Shown: positions 49,092 through 58,702, counted from the first letter of the stretch. The stretch: DNA of 64,000 nucleotides from Smithellaceae bacterium (GCA_963667845.2 CAXXVL010000002.1:1728001-1792000), one strand, 5' to 3'. Numbers and translations: made by a program. Notes: a model not told the origin generated them from the sequence alone.

Positions 49092-49221
49092 CTTGATTTC
49101 TTTCTGTTTCAATGGTGGAGTTTCTATTTCAAATAAAACGGGGTCTGTCAATTGTAAATTGCCGTTGCATCTTTCGGGGAGTTGGCGTATTTAACCCGCG
49201 AATCCAAAATGGGAGTTCACT

Positions 49222-49542
49222 ATGAAAAAAGTCGCGGCTCTTTTCTTAATATTCATTTTCGTGCTGTCGGTTCTTCCGGCCTTTGCGGCTGAGAAAATCG
49301 TTCAAATGACCGTACCCGGCTGTTATTCCTGAGGCGCCAGCAAAAGGATAGGGTCTATCCTGCAAAAAGTTGAAGGTGTCCGGAAGCATCAAATTCAGCA
49401 GCCGAATATTCTGATCGTCGCGTTTGATGACGAAAAAACAAGCCTCGAACTCATTGAAAAGGCATTAAAAGACGGTACGTTTTCCGTATCCGGCAAGCCG
49501 GTTTATGTGCAGACCTTTCCGGCCGGAAATCAGAGCAAATGA
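49222..49542 (+). CDS. Exported heavy-metal-associated (HMA, MerP/CopZ-like) protein with CxxU, probable selenoprotein (TGA 49330-49332); absent from the ORF track
   Basis: MKKVAALFLIFIFVLSVLPAFAA-EKIVQMTVPGCYS-U-GASKRIGSILQKVEGV..LIVAFDDEKTSLELIEKALKD; GGGAG RBS, signal peptide, HMA pattern on both sides of the TGA. Confidence 0.85.
49345..49361 (+). promoter_or_regulatory. Putative bacterial SECIS hairpin (HMA protein)
   Basis: Perfect stem AGGATAG-[GGT]-CTATCCT; loop G is 20 nt after the TGA. Confidence 0.75.
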
Positions 49543-50606
49543 TTTTTCCCGCGAGCTTCCAGCGCGTCGACGATTTTCTTGACGTCCTGAGAGCGTCCTT
49601 TTTTGCAGATCAGAAGCGCGTCTTTCGTTTCAACAACAATGACGTCTTTCATACCGACCAGCGCGACAAGTTTATGAGGGCTGCAGACCAGTGCGTTTTC
49701 GGTATCCTCCAGGATGACGTAAGAGCCGCGGGTGCTCGCATTGCCTTTAGAGTCTTTGCCGGATATTTCCCACAGAGTATCCCAACTGCCCACGTCACTC
49801 CAGCCGAAGTCTGCGGGAATCATCAGCACGTCTTCGGCTTTTTCCATGACGCCGTAGTCGATGGAAACGGAAGCCAGCCGTTTGTAGATCGCCGAAACCG
49901 TTCTGGCTTCGGAATCTTTTCCCATGGATGATTTGATCGTCATCAGTCCGGAATAGAGATCCGGCAGGAAGCGTTGGATTTCATCCAGGATGGTTTTCGC
50001 CCTCCAGATAAACATGCCGCTGTTCCAGAAGAAATTGCCGCTCTTCAGAAAGGCCCGGGCCTGCGGGAGATCCGGTTTTTCCCGGAAAGATTTTACGCGC
50101 AGCAGCGTCCGGCCGGAAATGGTTCCGGCCGCGGCGCCGCCTTCCATGTAGCCGAAGCCGGTATGCGGGCTTGAGGGCGTAAGGCCGATGGTCACCAGCG
50201 CTTTCCTGGTTTTGGCGGCCTTTGCGGCGGCGGCAATAACTTTCCGGTACGAGACGGGATCGGCGATGCCGTGATCGGACGGCAAAACAACCATGACGTC
50301 ATCCTTGGCTTTCTTTTGAACATACAAAGCGGCAAGACCGATGCAGGCGGCCGTGTTCCGTCCGACCGGTTCGATAAGAATATTCTTCTCCGGGATTTCC
50401 GGCAGCTGCCGGATCAGTTCCCGTGCGTGTTTCCGGCCCGTGACGATGAGGATATTTTGGGGCCCGATGAGCGGTTTGATCCGGTCAACGGTTTCCTGGA
50501 TGATGGTGCGGTCGCTCACGATGTCCAGCAGGTGCTTGGGTTTTTTCTCCCGGCTGCGCGGCCAGAATCGCGTGCCCCGTCCGCCGGCCATGATCACTGC
50601 ATGCAT
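49530..50606 (-). CDS. manC: Mannose-1-phosphate guanylyltransferase
   Basis: MAGGRGTRFWP.SR, EPVGRNTA, FREKP, WNSGMF and WSDVGSW motifs; start uncertain (50606-50624). Confidence 0.93.
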   Translation of the reverse strand: MHAVIMAGGRGTRFWPRSREKKPKHLLDIVSDRTIIQETVDRIKPLIGPQNILIVTGRKHARELIRQLPEIPEKNILIEPVGRNTAACIGLAALYVQKKAKDDVMVVLPSDHGIADPVSYRKVIAAAAKAAKTRKALVTIGLTPSSPHTGFGYMEGGAAAGTISGRTLLRVKSFREKPDLPQARAFLKSGNFFWNSGMFIWRAKTILDEIQRFLPDLYSGLMTIKSSMGKDSEARTVSAIYKRLASVSIDYGVMEKAEDVLMIPADFGWSDVGSWDTLWEISGKDSKGNASTRGSYVILEDTENALVCSPHKLVALVGMKDVIVVETKDALLICKKGRSQDVKKIVDALEARGKNHLL

Positions 50607-50680
50607 AGGCATTCTCCTTTGCACCTCTCATAATACATTCCGGCTTGCAAATTCAAGTCCGAAACGCTAATTTGTCACTC

Positions 50681-51871
50681 ATGATAAATAATAATTATCC
50701 CGAAATCATATTGAAAGCCGGACGGGAAGCAGCGCTTTTGCGCGGGCACCCCTGGGTGTTTTCCGGTGCGATCGCCAAAATAAACGGGCATCCGTCCGAC
50801 GGCGACATCGTATCGGCCTCGGATTCCCGGGGCCGGGCGCTGGCTCTCGGATTTTTCAACAGTAAAACGGATATTTCCTTTCGGGTGCTCGAACGAAACG
50901 CTGAAAGGGTTATTGATGCGGCTTTCTGGAAGGAACGAGTGGCGATGGCCGCCGAATTACGCGGAAAGCTCCTCGATGCGCGCACCAATGCCTTTCGCCT
51001 GATTAATGCGGAAGGCGACGGGTGCCCCGGCCTGATCGTAGACGTATATGATCATACACTGGTTCTATCCATCTCGACCGCCGGCATGGAAAAGCAAAGG
51101 CAGAGCATTCTTGATGCACTCATCTTAGAGATGAAGCCCACCGGCATCTATGAGCAAAGCGGAGGCCGCTCGCGCGGCCTGGAAGGCCTGCCGGAAGAGA
51201 AGGGTTTTATTTACGGTGATGATCAGCGTAACGTCGTGAGCGTGACGGAAAACGGTTTTGCGTTTGACGTGGATATGGTCGGAGGCCAGAAAACGGGCTT
51301 CTTCCTGGATCAGCGCGTCAATCGAGAGAAGCTCGGCGCACTGGCCCGCGGAGCATCCGTTCTGAACTGCTTTTGTTATACCGGCGCCTTTTCGGTGTAT
51401 GCTGCTGCAGGCGGGGCGGCCAGAGTTGTTTCTCTCGATATATCTAAATCGGCCTGTGAAGCGGCCCTGCGGCATTTGAGCCTCAATGGCTTTTCCGGGC
51501 AGGATCATCCGGTGATTGAAGCGGATGTGTTTCAATATCTGCGCGATCTGCGGGAGGAATTTGATCTGATCATTCTTGATCCGCCTGCCTTTGCCAAAGC
51601 CAGGCGGGATGTCCCCAAAGCTTCGCGGGGGTATAAAGACATCAATATGCAGGCTATGAAGCACCTGGTGCAAGGCGGGATGCTCGCGACTTTTTCGTGT
51701 TCCAACTTTATCGAAGAAGATTTATTTTACAAAATCGTGCAGGGAGCGGCGCGCGATGCAGAAATACAGCTGCAGCTTTTGGCCACCCTTACAGCCGGGC
51801 CGGATCATCCCCTCGCCCTCGGGCACCCCGAAGGACGGTATCTCAAAGGATTGCTCGTCAGAAAATTATAA
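50681..51871 (+). CDS. rlmI: 23S rRNA m5C1962 methyltransferase, RlmI family
   Basis: GHPWVF PUA domain, GQKTGFFLDQR and LDPPAF motifs. Confidence 0.92.
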   Translation: MINNNYPEIILKAGREAALLRGHPWVFSGAIAKINGHPSDGDIVSASDSRGRALALGFFNSKTDISFRVLERNAERVIDAAFWKERVAMAAELRGKLLDARTNAFRLINAEGDGCPGLIVDVYDHTLVLSISTAGMEKQRQSILDALILEMKPTGIYEQSGGRSRGLEGLPEEKGFIYGDDQRNVVSVTENGFAFDVDMVGGQKTGFFLDQRVNREKLGALARGASVLNCFCYTGAFSVYAAAGGAARVVSLDISKSACEAALRHLSLNGFSGQDHPVIEADVFQYLRDLREEFDLIILDPPAFAKARRDVPKASRGYKDINMQAMKHLVQGGMLATFSCSNFIEEDLFYKIVQGAARDAEIQLQLLATLTAGPDHPLALGHPEGRYLKGLLVRKL

Positions 51872-51942
51872 ATTGGCCGCGATGCATAACCTGAAGGTCA
51901 CGCGTACCCTGAAGGGCACACTTCTGCTTAACGACTTGATGG

Positions 51943-52338
51943 TCAGCGCGCGGCCAGGTTGGCCGCAATCCGGTCATGAATCATTTTGGACGCGATATTG
52001 TTCCCCGAGACGCCCGTCAGCACCGAAACGGCGACCACATCTTTTTCTATATATTCAACCCCGATGGTCACCTTTTCATCCGAAATAATCGCCTTGATCG
52101 ATCCCGTGGATATCTTCCGCTCTTTTTCAATGCTCCAGCCCTTCAAGTCCACCACGGCCTTTTCACACGCCTGCCAGACCGGTTCGATATCCGCCTTGTA
52201 CCGGATGGTCAGATAGCCGTCCTGGTAAATCGCTTTGCCGGACTGGATGCCCACGACCTTGCCGTTCATGACCATGGCGGCATTACAGCCGAAAAGAAGG
52301 AACGCTGCAGCGGCAAGTAAAATCAACTTTGTTTTCAT
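51943..52338 (-). CDS. Lipoprotein, DUF3568-like
   Basis: Lipobox LFGC; C-terminal SKMIHDRI pattern. Confidence 0.75.
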   Translation of the reverse strand: MKTKLILLAAAAFLLFGCNAAMVMNGKVVGIQSGKAIYQDGYLTIRYKADIEPVWQACEKAVVDLKGWSIEKERKISTGSIKAIISDEKVTIGVEYIEKDVVAVSVLTGVSGNNIASKMIHDRIAANLAAR

Positions 52339-52399
52339 AAATCCACCTCCGGCGATGCATGATGCCCGTTATAGAGTAAGGCAATTCATCTGTCAATGG

Positions 52400-53242
52400 C
52401 TACGCCGCGAATCTTGCCCAGACCGCAGAACCGGCCGCCCAGACGAGAATGGCCGCGGTGATCAATATCGTGACGTATGCCAATATCTTGCTCCAGGCGC
52501 TCTCGGGCTTCTGATCGTTGTATCCCATAACATAGGCCGCGAGCAGTCCGGAAAGCAGGCCGCCGCCGTGCGCCCAGTTGTTGATGCCGCTGAAGATAAA
52601 ACCGAAGATGACCAGACCGACCACCCATCCCAGCGCCTGCTTGTAGATGGCTTCCCCGTAATATCCTCCGCGGGTCTTCCCATAATAGATGATGGCGCCG
52701 ATGAGACCGCAAACCGAAGCGGATGCGCCGATTGTAAAAGAGACGCCGGCCAGCACCGAAACAATAAAGCCTGCGACGCCGGTCAGCAGGTAGATGTTCA
52801 CAAAACGGTGCACGCCGAATTCCCTGAGCACGAAGGGGCCGAGCTGGTAAAGAGCCATCATATTGAAGAGGATATGCAAAATTCCGCCGTGCAGAAATGA
52901 CGCGGAGACGACGCTTGCGAAGTTATGATACAGAAAGACGGGGAGGGTCCCGCTGGCCCCCAGATATAAGAGGCTCTGGTTGGAGGGCGAGAGAAACCCG
53001 AGCGGGTTGCCGCCCATGAAAATACCCCGGGGATCGATTAGCAGGGCCAGCACGTAAAAAGCGATATTCACATAGATGATGGCTCGCACCGGCTCGAAAG
53101 CGAAGAAAATGTTGCGAAGCTTGCCCGCTGATGCATGCAGGCCGGGACGTTTCAATCCGCAGTATGGACAAACCGGTTCGTCCAGGCTGATCAATTTCCG
53201 GCAATTGGGGCACAAAATAGAGTTTCTGGCAGCGCTCATCAT
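52400..53242 (-). CDS. Rhomboid intramembrane serine protease with N-terminal zinc ribbon
   Basis: CPNC..CPYC, FLH..HILFNM, GASA and AHGGG motifs. Confidence 0.93.
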   Translation of the reverse strand: MMSAARNSILCPNCRKLISLDEPVCPYCGLKRPGLHASAGKLRNIFFAFEPVRAIIYVNIAFYVLALLIDPRGIFMGGNPLGFLSPSNQSLLYLGASGTLPVFLYHNFASVVSASFLHGGILHILFNMMALYQLGPFVLREFGVHRFVNIYLLTGVAGFIVSVLAGVSFTIGASASVCGLIGAIIYYGKTRGGYYGEAIYKQALGWVVGLVIFGFIFSGINNWAHGGGLLSGLLAAYVMGYNDQKPESAWSKILAYVTILITAAILVWAAGSAVWARFAA

Positions 53243-53370
53243 GAATTCCTTACGATTTTAGATTGGGATTAATTAACAACAATACATCAAGTTGTAAAGG
53301 AAAATGCACCCCGTTCTTGACTACCGCTTCCGAATATATAATATGGCTTACGTTCAATGAAAGATAAAAT

Positions 53371-53640
53371 ATGCCGACAATAATTGTTTTGATTATAACA
53401 TTTCTCGCTGGATCAATCCTCCGGCTTCGCGGAATCAATGAATACATTGCTTGGATTTTGTCTTGCTGTATCATTCCCGCGTTTATCCTTTTTACTGAAT
53501 TTGTGCTTCCATATATGGGAGGCGGTGCATCCATGTGGCCTATCGCACTTGCTGCCGGTAGTTTTTATGGCGTTATTGTCGGCGGCTTGAGTGTTGTAAT
53601 CGCGTCATTTTATTTAAAGAGGAAGAAAAGAAAATCATAA
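53371..53640 (+). CDS. Small hypothetical membrane protein, solitary cassette ORF
   Basis: 89 aa, 3 TM, AT-rich; TAA stop inside the R'' box of the following attC. Confidence 0.7.
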   Translation: MPTIIVLIITFLAGSILRLRGINEYIAWILSCCIIPAFILFTEFVLPYMGGGASMWPIALAAGSFYGVIVGGLSVVIASFYLKRKKRKS

Positions 53641-53689
53641 CCCGTCAATCCACCCGCTCGCTGCGCTCCGGGTGATTTTTTCGTTATGC
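53635..53689 (+). other. Solitary attC site
   Basis: TCATAAC..ATCCACCCG..CGCTCCGGGTGATTTTTTC-GTTATGC, 55 bp; 3' half nearly identical to attC 8554-8609. Confidence 0.8.
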
Positions 53690-53697
53690 AGGTGATT

Positions 53698-54852
53698 ATG
53701 CCGATCAAAGAGCGATTAAACGTGACAATTGAATCCATTGCCTTCGGCGGCCAGGGCGTGGCGCGCGCCGCCGGGCTCGTAATTTTCGTTCCGTTTTCAG
53801 CGCCGGGCGATGTCCTGGAGATCGAAATCGTTGAGCGTAAGAAAAGATTTGCGCGCGGAAGGCTGTTAAATATCATCGAACCTTCAAGCGGGCGGACCGA
53901 ACCTTCTTGCCTCTATTACGGCCGCTGCGGCGGGTGCTCCTATCAGCATATCGATTATGCGCATCAGCTTAAAATCAAACACAAGCAGATTTGCGAAGCT
54001 TTTGAGCGGATAGGTGGAATAGCTAAGCCTTCTGTTTTCGAAGTTATTTCCTCGCCCCGCATTTACGCCTACCGGGGGAAGGCCGAACTTCATGCCGCAA
54101 AAGAAGCGGGTCGTTTCCAACTGGGATTTATGGACATTTCCGGCGGCCGACTTGTGGACATTGAACGGTGCGCGATTATGGATGAAACCATCAATGATCT
54201 GATCCGGAAGGCCAGAACAAAAGGGATGGTTCCAAAGGATACCGATGACTTGATCTTTTGGTCGGGCCCGCCGGATGCCGAAGGCGAGGCCATTGCCCGC
54301 ACTGTGAAAAACAAAGACTTCCTCGTTCCCCGTACCGGATTTTTCCAGGCCAATTTGTATCTGACGGATCGGATGGTGGATGTGGTCTGCAGTCTGATCG
54401 ACCCAAAGGTGAAGACCATCGTTGACGCCTGCTGCGGCTCGGGGCTTTTTTCGCTTTTCCTCGCGCCTTACGCCCAGCGCGTACTGGGAATCGAAATCAA
54501 CGCTAGATCCGTAAAATATGCCCGCATCAATGCCCGAAGACAGGGGGTGCAAAATGCGGAATTTATCCAGGGTGATGTCGAAGAGGTTTTGGCGGACCGG
54601 GTGCTGCTCGGGGATGCCGTCGATCTCATCTTGCTTGATCCGCCGCGCACCGGCTTGAGCGCCCGGTCGCTGGCGGCGGTTTCCGGCTTGAAACCGCAAG
54701 GTATCATTTACATCTCCTGTAATCCGGCAACACAGGCGCGGGACGTGAAATTCCTGAATGAGCAAGGCTATGATCTGCAAAGTCTGCAGCCGCTGGATAT
54801 GTTCGCGCAGACGGAGCATATCGAAACCGTGGCGCTGCTGCGGCAAAGATGA
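53698..54852 (+). CDS. rlmD: 23S rRNA m5U methyltransferase, RlmD/TrmA family
   Basis: TRAM domain, C..CGGC, FFQAN, LDPPRTG, YISCNP and DMF..T.HIE motifs; start 53698 or 53686. Confidence 0.92.
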   Translation: MPIKERLNVTIESIAFGGQGVARAAGLVIFVPFSAPGDVLEIEIVERKKRFARGRLLNIIEPSSGRTEPSCLYYGRCGGCSYQHIDYAHQLKIKHKQICEAFERIGGIAKPSVFEVISSPRIYAYRGKAELHAAKEAGRFQLGFMDISGGRLVDIERCAIMDETINDLIRKARTKGMVPKDTDDLIFWSGPPDAEGEAIARTVKNKDFLVPRTGFFQANLYLTDRMVDVVCSLIDPKVKTIVDACCGSGLFSLFLAPYAQRVLGIEINARSVKYARINARRQGVQNAEFIQGDVEEVLADRVLLGDAVDLILLDPPRTGLSARSLAAVSGLKPQGIIYISCNPATQARDVKFLNEQGYDLQSLQPLDMFAQTEHIETVALLRQR

Positions 54853-54870
54853 TCGGCCGGTCGTATTTGC

Positions 54871-54925
54871 TAATTCTGCTCACGCGGGACGAGCGTTAAT
54901 TTTCGCGTAGCTTGCTGCGAGGTGG
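54871..54925 (+). repeat. Dispersed intergenic repeat family, short copy D
   Basis: TAATTCTGCTCACGCGGGACGAGCGTTAATT..GCTTGCTGCGAGGTGG. Confidence 0.75.
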
Positions 54926-55226
54926 AGGACACATCAGACCCCTTTGCATAAATAGTTGTTATGGAGGAATAAATTCATTGACAGAACGGGGCATATCGAT
55001 ATACGCAAGCTCTACGAGATCAAGGTGCGAATCATGGGGATCCGTTGTTGACAGCTTTGGGTGAGCACTCATAAATCTCTTCCCCTAAATCATTTAACTC
55101 ATTGAAATGAAAAATTTAATATAGTTTTGCCCGGATCACGTGGTATGATGATGTTGACAGGAATCCTCATCCATTGAATTTACCGAGCGGGATTTCCGGA
55201 ATCCCGCCCATAAATAGCGTAGTCCT

Positions 55227-55703
55227 ATGAACAGAGACGAAAAAAGAGACAGAGCCATTGTGGACAGACCGCGGGCGGCATTGTGCCGGCCCCGGAAGAT
55301 TGCAGACGGTCCGGATGACCATCTGGCCGACGGGAATGAAACGATCCTCCTTGTCGACGATGAGCCTATCATCATTGATGTGGCGCGCGACATGCTCGAA
55401 ATTCTGGGATATCGGGTCATTGCTGCACGCAACGGTCAGGACGCCATTGACATTTACGGCCGCAGGAAGAATGAAATTGATATGGTCATTCAGGACATGG
55501 TCATGCCCGGAATGAACGGCGCCGACGTATTTCAGGCCCTGAAAAGGATCAACCCGGAGGTAAAGGTTATTCTGGCCAGCGGCTATGTCCTGAATAAGCA
55601 AATCGCGGCCATGATCGAGCAGGGCTGCCGGGCGTTTATGCCCAAGCCGTTTCGCCTGGAAGACCTGTCTTTGAAAGTCCGGGAAGTCCTGGATTCGCCC
55701 TGA
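55227..55703 (+). CDS. Stand-alone response regulator receiver protein
   Basis: ILLVDDE, DMVMP, SGY and KPF motifs. Confidence 0.88.
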   Translation: MNRDEKRDRAIVDRPRAALCRPRKIADGPDDHLADGNETILLVDDEPIIIDVARDMLEILGYRVIAARNGQDAIDIYGRRKNEIDMVIQDMVMPGMNGADVFQALKRINPEVKVILASGYVLNKQIAAMIEQGCRAFMPKPFRLEDLSLKVREVLDSP

Positions 55704-55798
55704 CGCAACTTTCAAAAATATTTATGGCTTTCCAATGAAAATATTGCTATTTTCCCCACGCGACGAAAATTATGTTCAAAAATTTCAGGGAGGACAAG

Positions 55799-56203
55799 AT
55801 GGCATCAAAAAGTAAGGACGTGAGACTGGAACAACGCCGGATATTGGAAAAGAAGCTGGAAATGCGGCTTTCCAATCTGACCGGGCAGGGGATAGCGGCT
55901 GAAAAGATAAAGACCGATCCTCTTGTGAAAAGTCTGAAATCACAGATCAGAGAAACGAATATCCGCATCGCCGCTATCGATAAGAACACGGTAAAAGTCG
56001 AGTCCATGAAGCAGGACAAAGCGAAGAAGCTTCTGGAGAAATCCGCACCGAAAGAAACCGAGGCGGCTCCGGGAAAAGAAGCGAAAGCGAAAAAGAAAGC
56101 CGCGCCGGCGGAAAAAGAGCCCAAAAAGAAAAAGGAACCGGCGGCAGAAGGGGAAGCGGTAAAGAAACCCAAGAAAAAGAAGGAAGAAGCTCCGGCGGCA
56201 TAG
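55799..56203 (+). CDS. Lys-rich hypothetical protein
   Basis: GGAGG RBS, helical N-terminus, K/E/A/P-rich tail, terminator downstream. Confidence 0.8.
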   Translation: MASKSKDVRLEQRRILEKKLEMRLSNLTGQGIAAEKIKTDPLVKSLKSQIRETNIRIAAIDKNTVKVESMKQDKAKKLLEKSAPKETEAAPGKEAKAKKKAAPAEKEPKKKKEPAAEGEAVKKPKKKKEEAPAA

Positions 56204-56214
56204 ACTCTCCGAAC

Positions 56215-56252
56215 AAAAAAGGCAAACTGGATTTCAACAGTTTGCCTTTTTT
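56215..56252. terminator. Bidirectional rho-independent terminator
   Basis: A6-GGCAAACTG..CAGTTTGCC-T6 between convergent genes. Confidence 0.85.
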
Positions 56253-56310
56253 AATCCCGCTTCCGCGGGACGAGCGTTAATTCTCCATAGCCTGCTGCGA
56301 GGCTGTTGAT
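56251..56310 (+). repeat. Dispersed intergenic repeat family, short copy E
   Basis: TTAATCCCGCTTCCGCGGGACGAGCGTTAATT..GCCTGCTGCGAGGCTGTTGAT. Confidence 0.8.
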
Positions 56311-56404
56311 TATCCGGCGTCCCCAAGGGGAGTCAAACCAGGTTTACAGGCGTGAAAAGGTCTTCAGATCACCCGCCGCGACAATCCCCCCTGCATCATT
56401 CAAG

Positions 56405-57226
56405 TTAGTTCGCCCTGCCATTTTTTTGTTGCATCTTCCTGGTAAGATTACTTACAACGAGCTCCGTCATCAGCTTCCTTCCCGCGGCTTGAGCCGGAGC
56501 AAATTTCCTGACAAAATTGATTTCTTCTTCAGTCGGACGAGCTGTTTCGCTCAGGTCCGGCGATACCTTCAAATCCCAGGAGACGTCTTTCTTAACATCT
56601 TCAATACGAACTTTCGGATGAATCTGGGCCAGATACAACTCTTTCGTTATCGGATCGAAGCGGAAGACGCCTTTGGTCGTGAGGAGCATGGAGGGGCCGC
56701 TTACCTTCGGAAAACGACCTGTTTTCTCACGACTGCCGCCGCCGTCGAGATAACCGGGGGATGTGACGTAATCGAGCTTTTTCACGAACTCGCCGCCCAG
56801 CATGGTCAGGACTGTCCGCTTGCAATAGGAAATGAAATCGGCTGCGCCGCCTGAGCCGGGCAGGCGCATTGTCGGGTTATAGTAGTCGCCAATCACGGTG
56901 GTATTGAGATTGCCGTATTTGTCAACCTGACCCACACCGAGAAAACAGACATCGACAAATCCCCGGTAAGCCATGGTAAACGCCGAGAACAGATCGGTAG
57001 CATAGGCAAATCCACGCAACGCATTGGCGTGATTGAGAGGCAAAAGGGGTTCGAAATCGATAATGCCCGATTCCATCATGAGCGTCGCATGGGGAGCATA
57101 CAGGGCCTTGGCCAGAGCTCCCGCAGTCGTGGGCAATCCAACCCCCAGAATAATATTTTCATGGTCATGAATTTCCTTCGCAACGGTAATGATCAACAAT
57201 TCTTCCAATGTGTATGCCTTATTCAT
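56405..57226 (-). CDS. gctB: CoA-transferase beta subunit (glutaconate CoA-transferase GctB-like)
   Basis: GVGLP, MESG, QVDKYGNLN, RLPGSGGA and DYVTSPG motifs. Confidence 0.88.
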   Translation of the reverse strand: MNKAYTLEELLIITVAKEIHDHENIILGVGLPTTAGALAKALYAPHATLMMESGIIDFEPLLPLNHANALRGFAYATDLFSAFTMAYRGFVDVCFLGVGQVDKYGNLNTTVIGDYYNPTMRLPGSGGAADFISYCKRTVLTMLGGEFVKKLDYVTSPGYLDGGGSREKTGRFPKVSGPSMLLTTKGVFRFDPITKELYLAQIHPKVRIEDVKKDVSWDLKVSPDLSETARPTEEEINFVRKFAPAQAAGRKLMTELVVSNLTRKMQQKNGRAN

Positions 57227-58264
57227 AAAGCACCCCCTTTTCTTGCAGGAACTTTTCAAATTCTTCCATCGTCACGCCCATATTTCTTTCACGTCCTTCC
57301 CCATTCCATATGGAGGTAAATGCAGCCCCGTAATTGGCCGGCGCCGAGTAAAATGCATTCGCCCGGATACCGTCCAGGGTGCCGCTGCCGAATTTTTCCA
57401 CGTGATGATCGATATAGGCTGCACGGCCCTTGCAGCCTATCACCATTCATCCATCCAGGCCTGCATGGCCTTGGCATCTCCGCAAGCCATGGCAAAGAGA
57501 CTGAACATGAAGCGATCCAGGTTATAGTAACCGATGACCTCCGTCGGAGTGGCGCCCCACGGGATTTCAATCACGGCATCAACCCGATAGGCAGGTATTA
57601 ACGTCAGATGCGGACTTGATTTAATGACATCATGCTCGACGATTTCTTCACAGGAGACAATGATCTTCTTGCTGCTTAGGGATGCGGCAGCCACACTGCC
57701 CAGGGCACCCCAGTATTGGGCATTGCCGTGTTTATCCGCCCGCTGGACATGGACAATGCAGACATCGGGATTTGCTGCCGGAACGGTAAGAATTTCTTTG
57801 CCCGTATAAGGACATTTGATGATGCGATATTTATCTTCACCCAAAAAAGTGCGCTTCCTGAACAAATCGGTTTCAATCGCTCCCTCCAAAACCGGTATAA
57901 ATGTAAAGCCATGCATCCCGGCGACGAGACGGGCGTTGTATTGAAAATTCGTGTAGTCCTCCATTTGGAGGGTTCCCGCTTGCAGGGAGCGTTCCACGCA
58001 GGATCCTCCGGCCCGGCCCCCTCCCCGATAAACATACGTGCTGACCAGGCGATCCACACAACCGGCCGCCACCAGCACCTCGACATCGATGACACCGGAT
58101 TGCGAATACACGGTCAAATGTTTTTTCTGCTGACGGGCAACTTCATAAACAAGAGCCATGGCGGCGGCAACCGTGTAGTTACCCAGAATCAGACTGCTTC
58201 CATCGTGAACAAACTTACCGATGGCCTCACTGGCGGTCATGACTTTACGCTCTGCTTCAGACAT
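57219..58264 (-). pseudogene. gctA: CoA-transferase alpha subunit (GctA-like), frameshifted near 57443
   Basis: HVQRADKHGN, EEIV and PWGATP motifs; reading stops at DEW-TGA-TAG and resumes as VIGCKGRAAY.. in another frame, ending with an 8-nt overlap on the gctB start. Confidence 0.8.
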
Positions 58265-58624
58265 AGAAACCTCCTTGTGCGTAGATTATGATTTCCCAGA
58301 TGAGTGTTAGAATATGTCCGGGGAAGAGACAAGTGGGTAGGGGCCCCAAATAGACGAGAATATTCCCGCTTTTATGAGAGGGAAAACCCTACTGGGAAAA
58401 AAAGAAATCTTTCCGATGAAAATAAGTGAGGACGTTGCTGCGGCTAACGGAGGGCCGGCCCGCCGGGAGCTGAAATGGGTCCCGGGTCTGCCTTTGAAAT
58501 CTGAAAAATTAATGGAATACGATAAGGAAGAAGGATTCTTGAGCAAAGAACCCCTCTCTTAATCGGTTCTTAGCTTTTAAAGACTAACATTTTTATATGG
58601 GGGATGGTTCAGATAACCGCAAGG

Positions 58625-58660
58625 TCAAGGAGGAAGCGGCGGACCACCGCTTCCTCTTGA
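58625..58660 (-). terminator. Hairpin downstream of the substrate-binding protein gene
   Basis: GAGGAAGCGG..CCGCTTCCTC stem. Confidence 0.55.
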
Positions 58661-58702
58661 TCATCGGCGAAACAACACTGTGCGCTCTTCTTTATTAATT
58701 AG

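Noticed and set aside
53310..53345. Sigma70 promoter TTGACT..TATAAT upstream of the solitary cassette
   Set aside because: The spacer is only 14 nt, outside the normal range.
57437..57442. TGA ending the GctA-like ORF as a fourth selenocysteine codon
   Set aside because: It is followed at once by an in-frame TAG and the protein-like continuation is in another frame, so this is a frameshift and not read-through.
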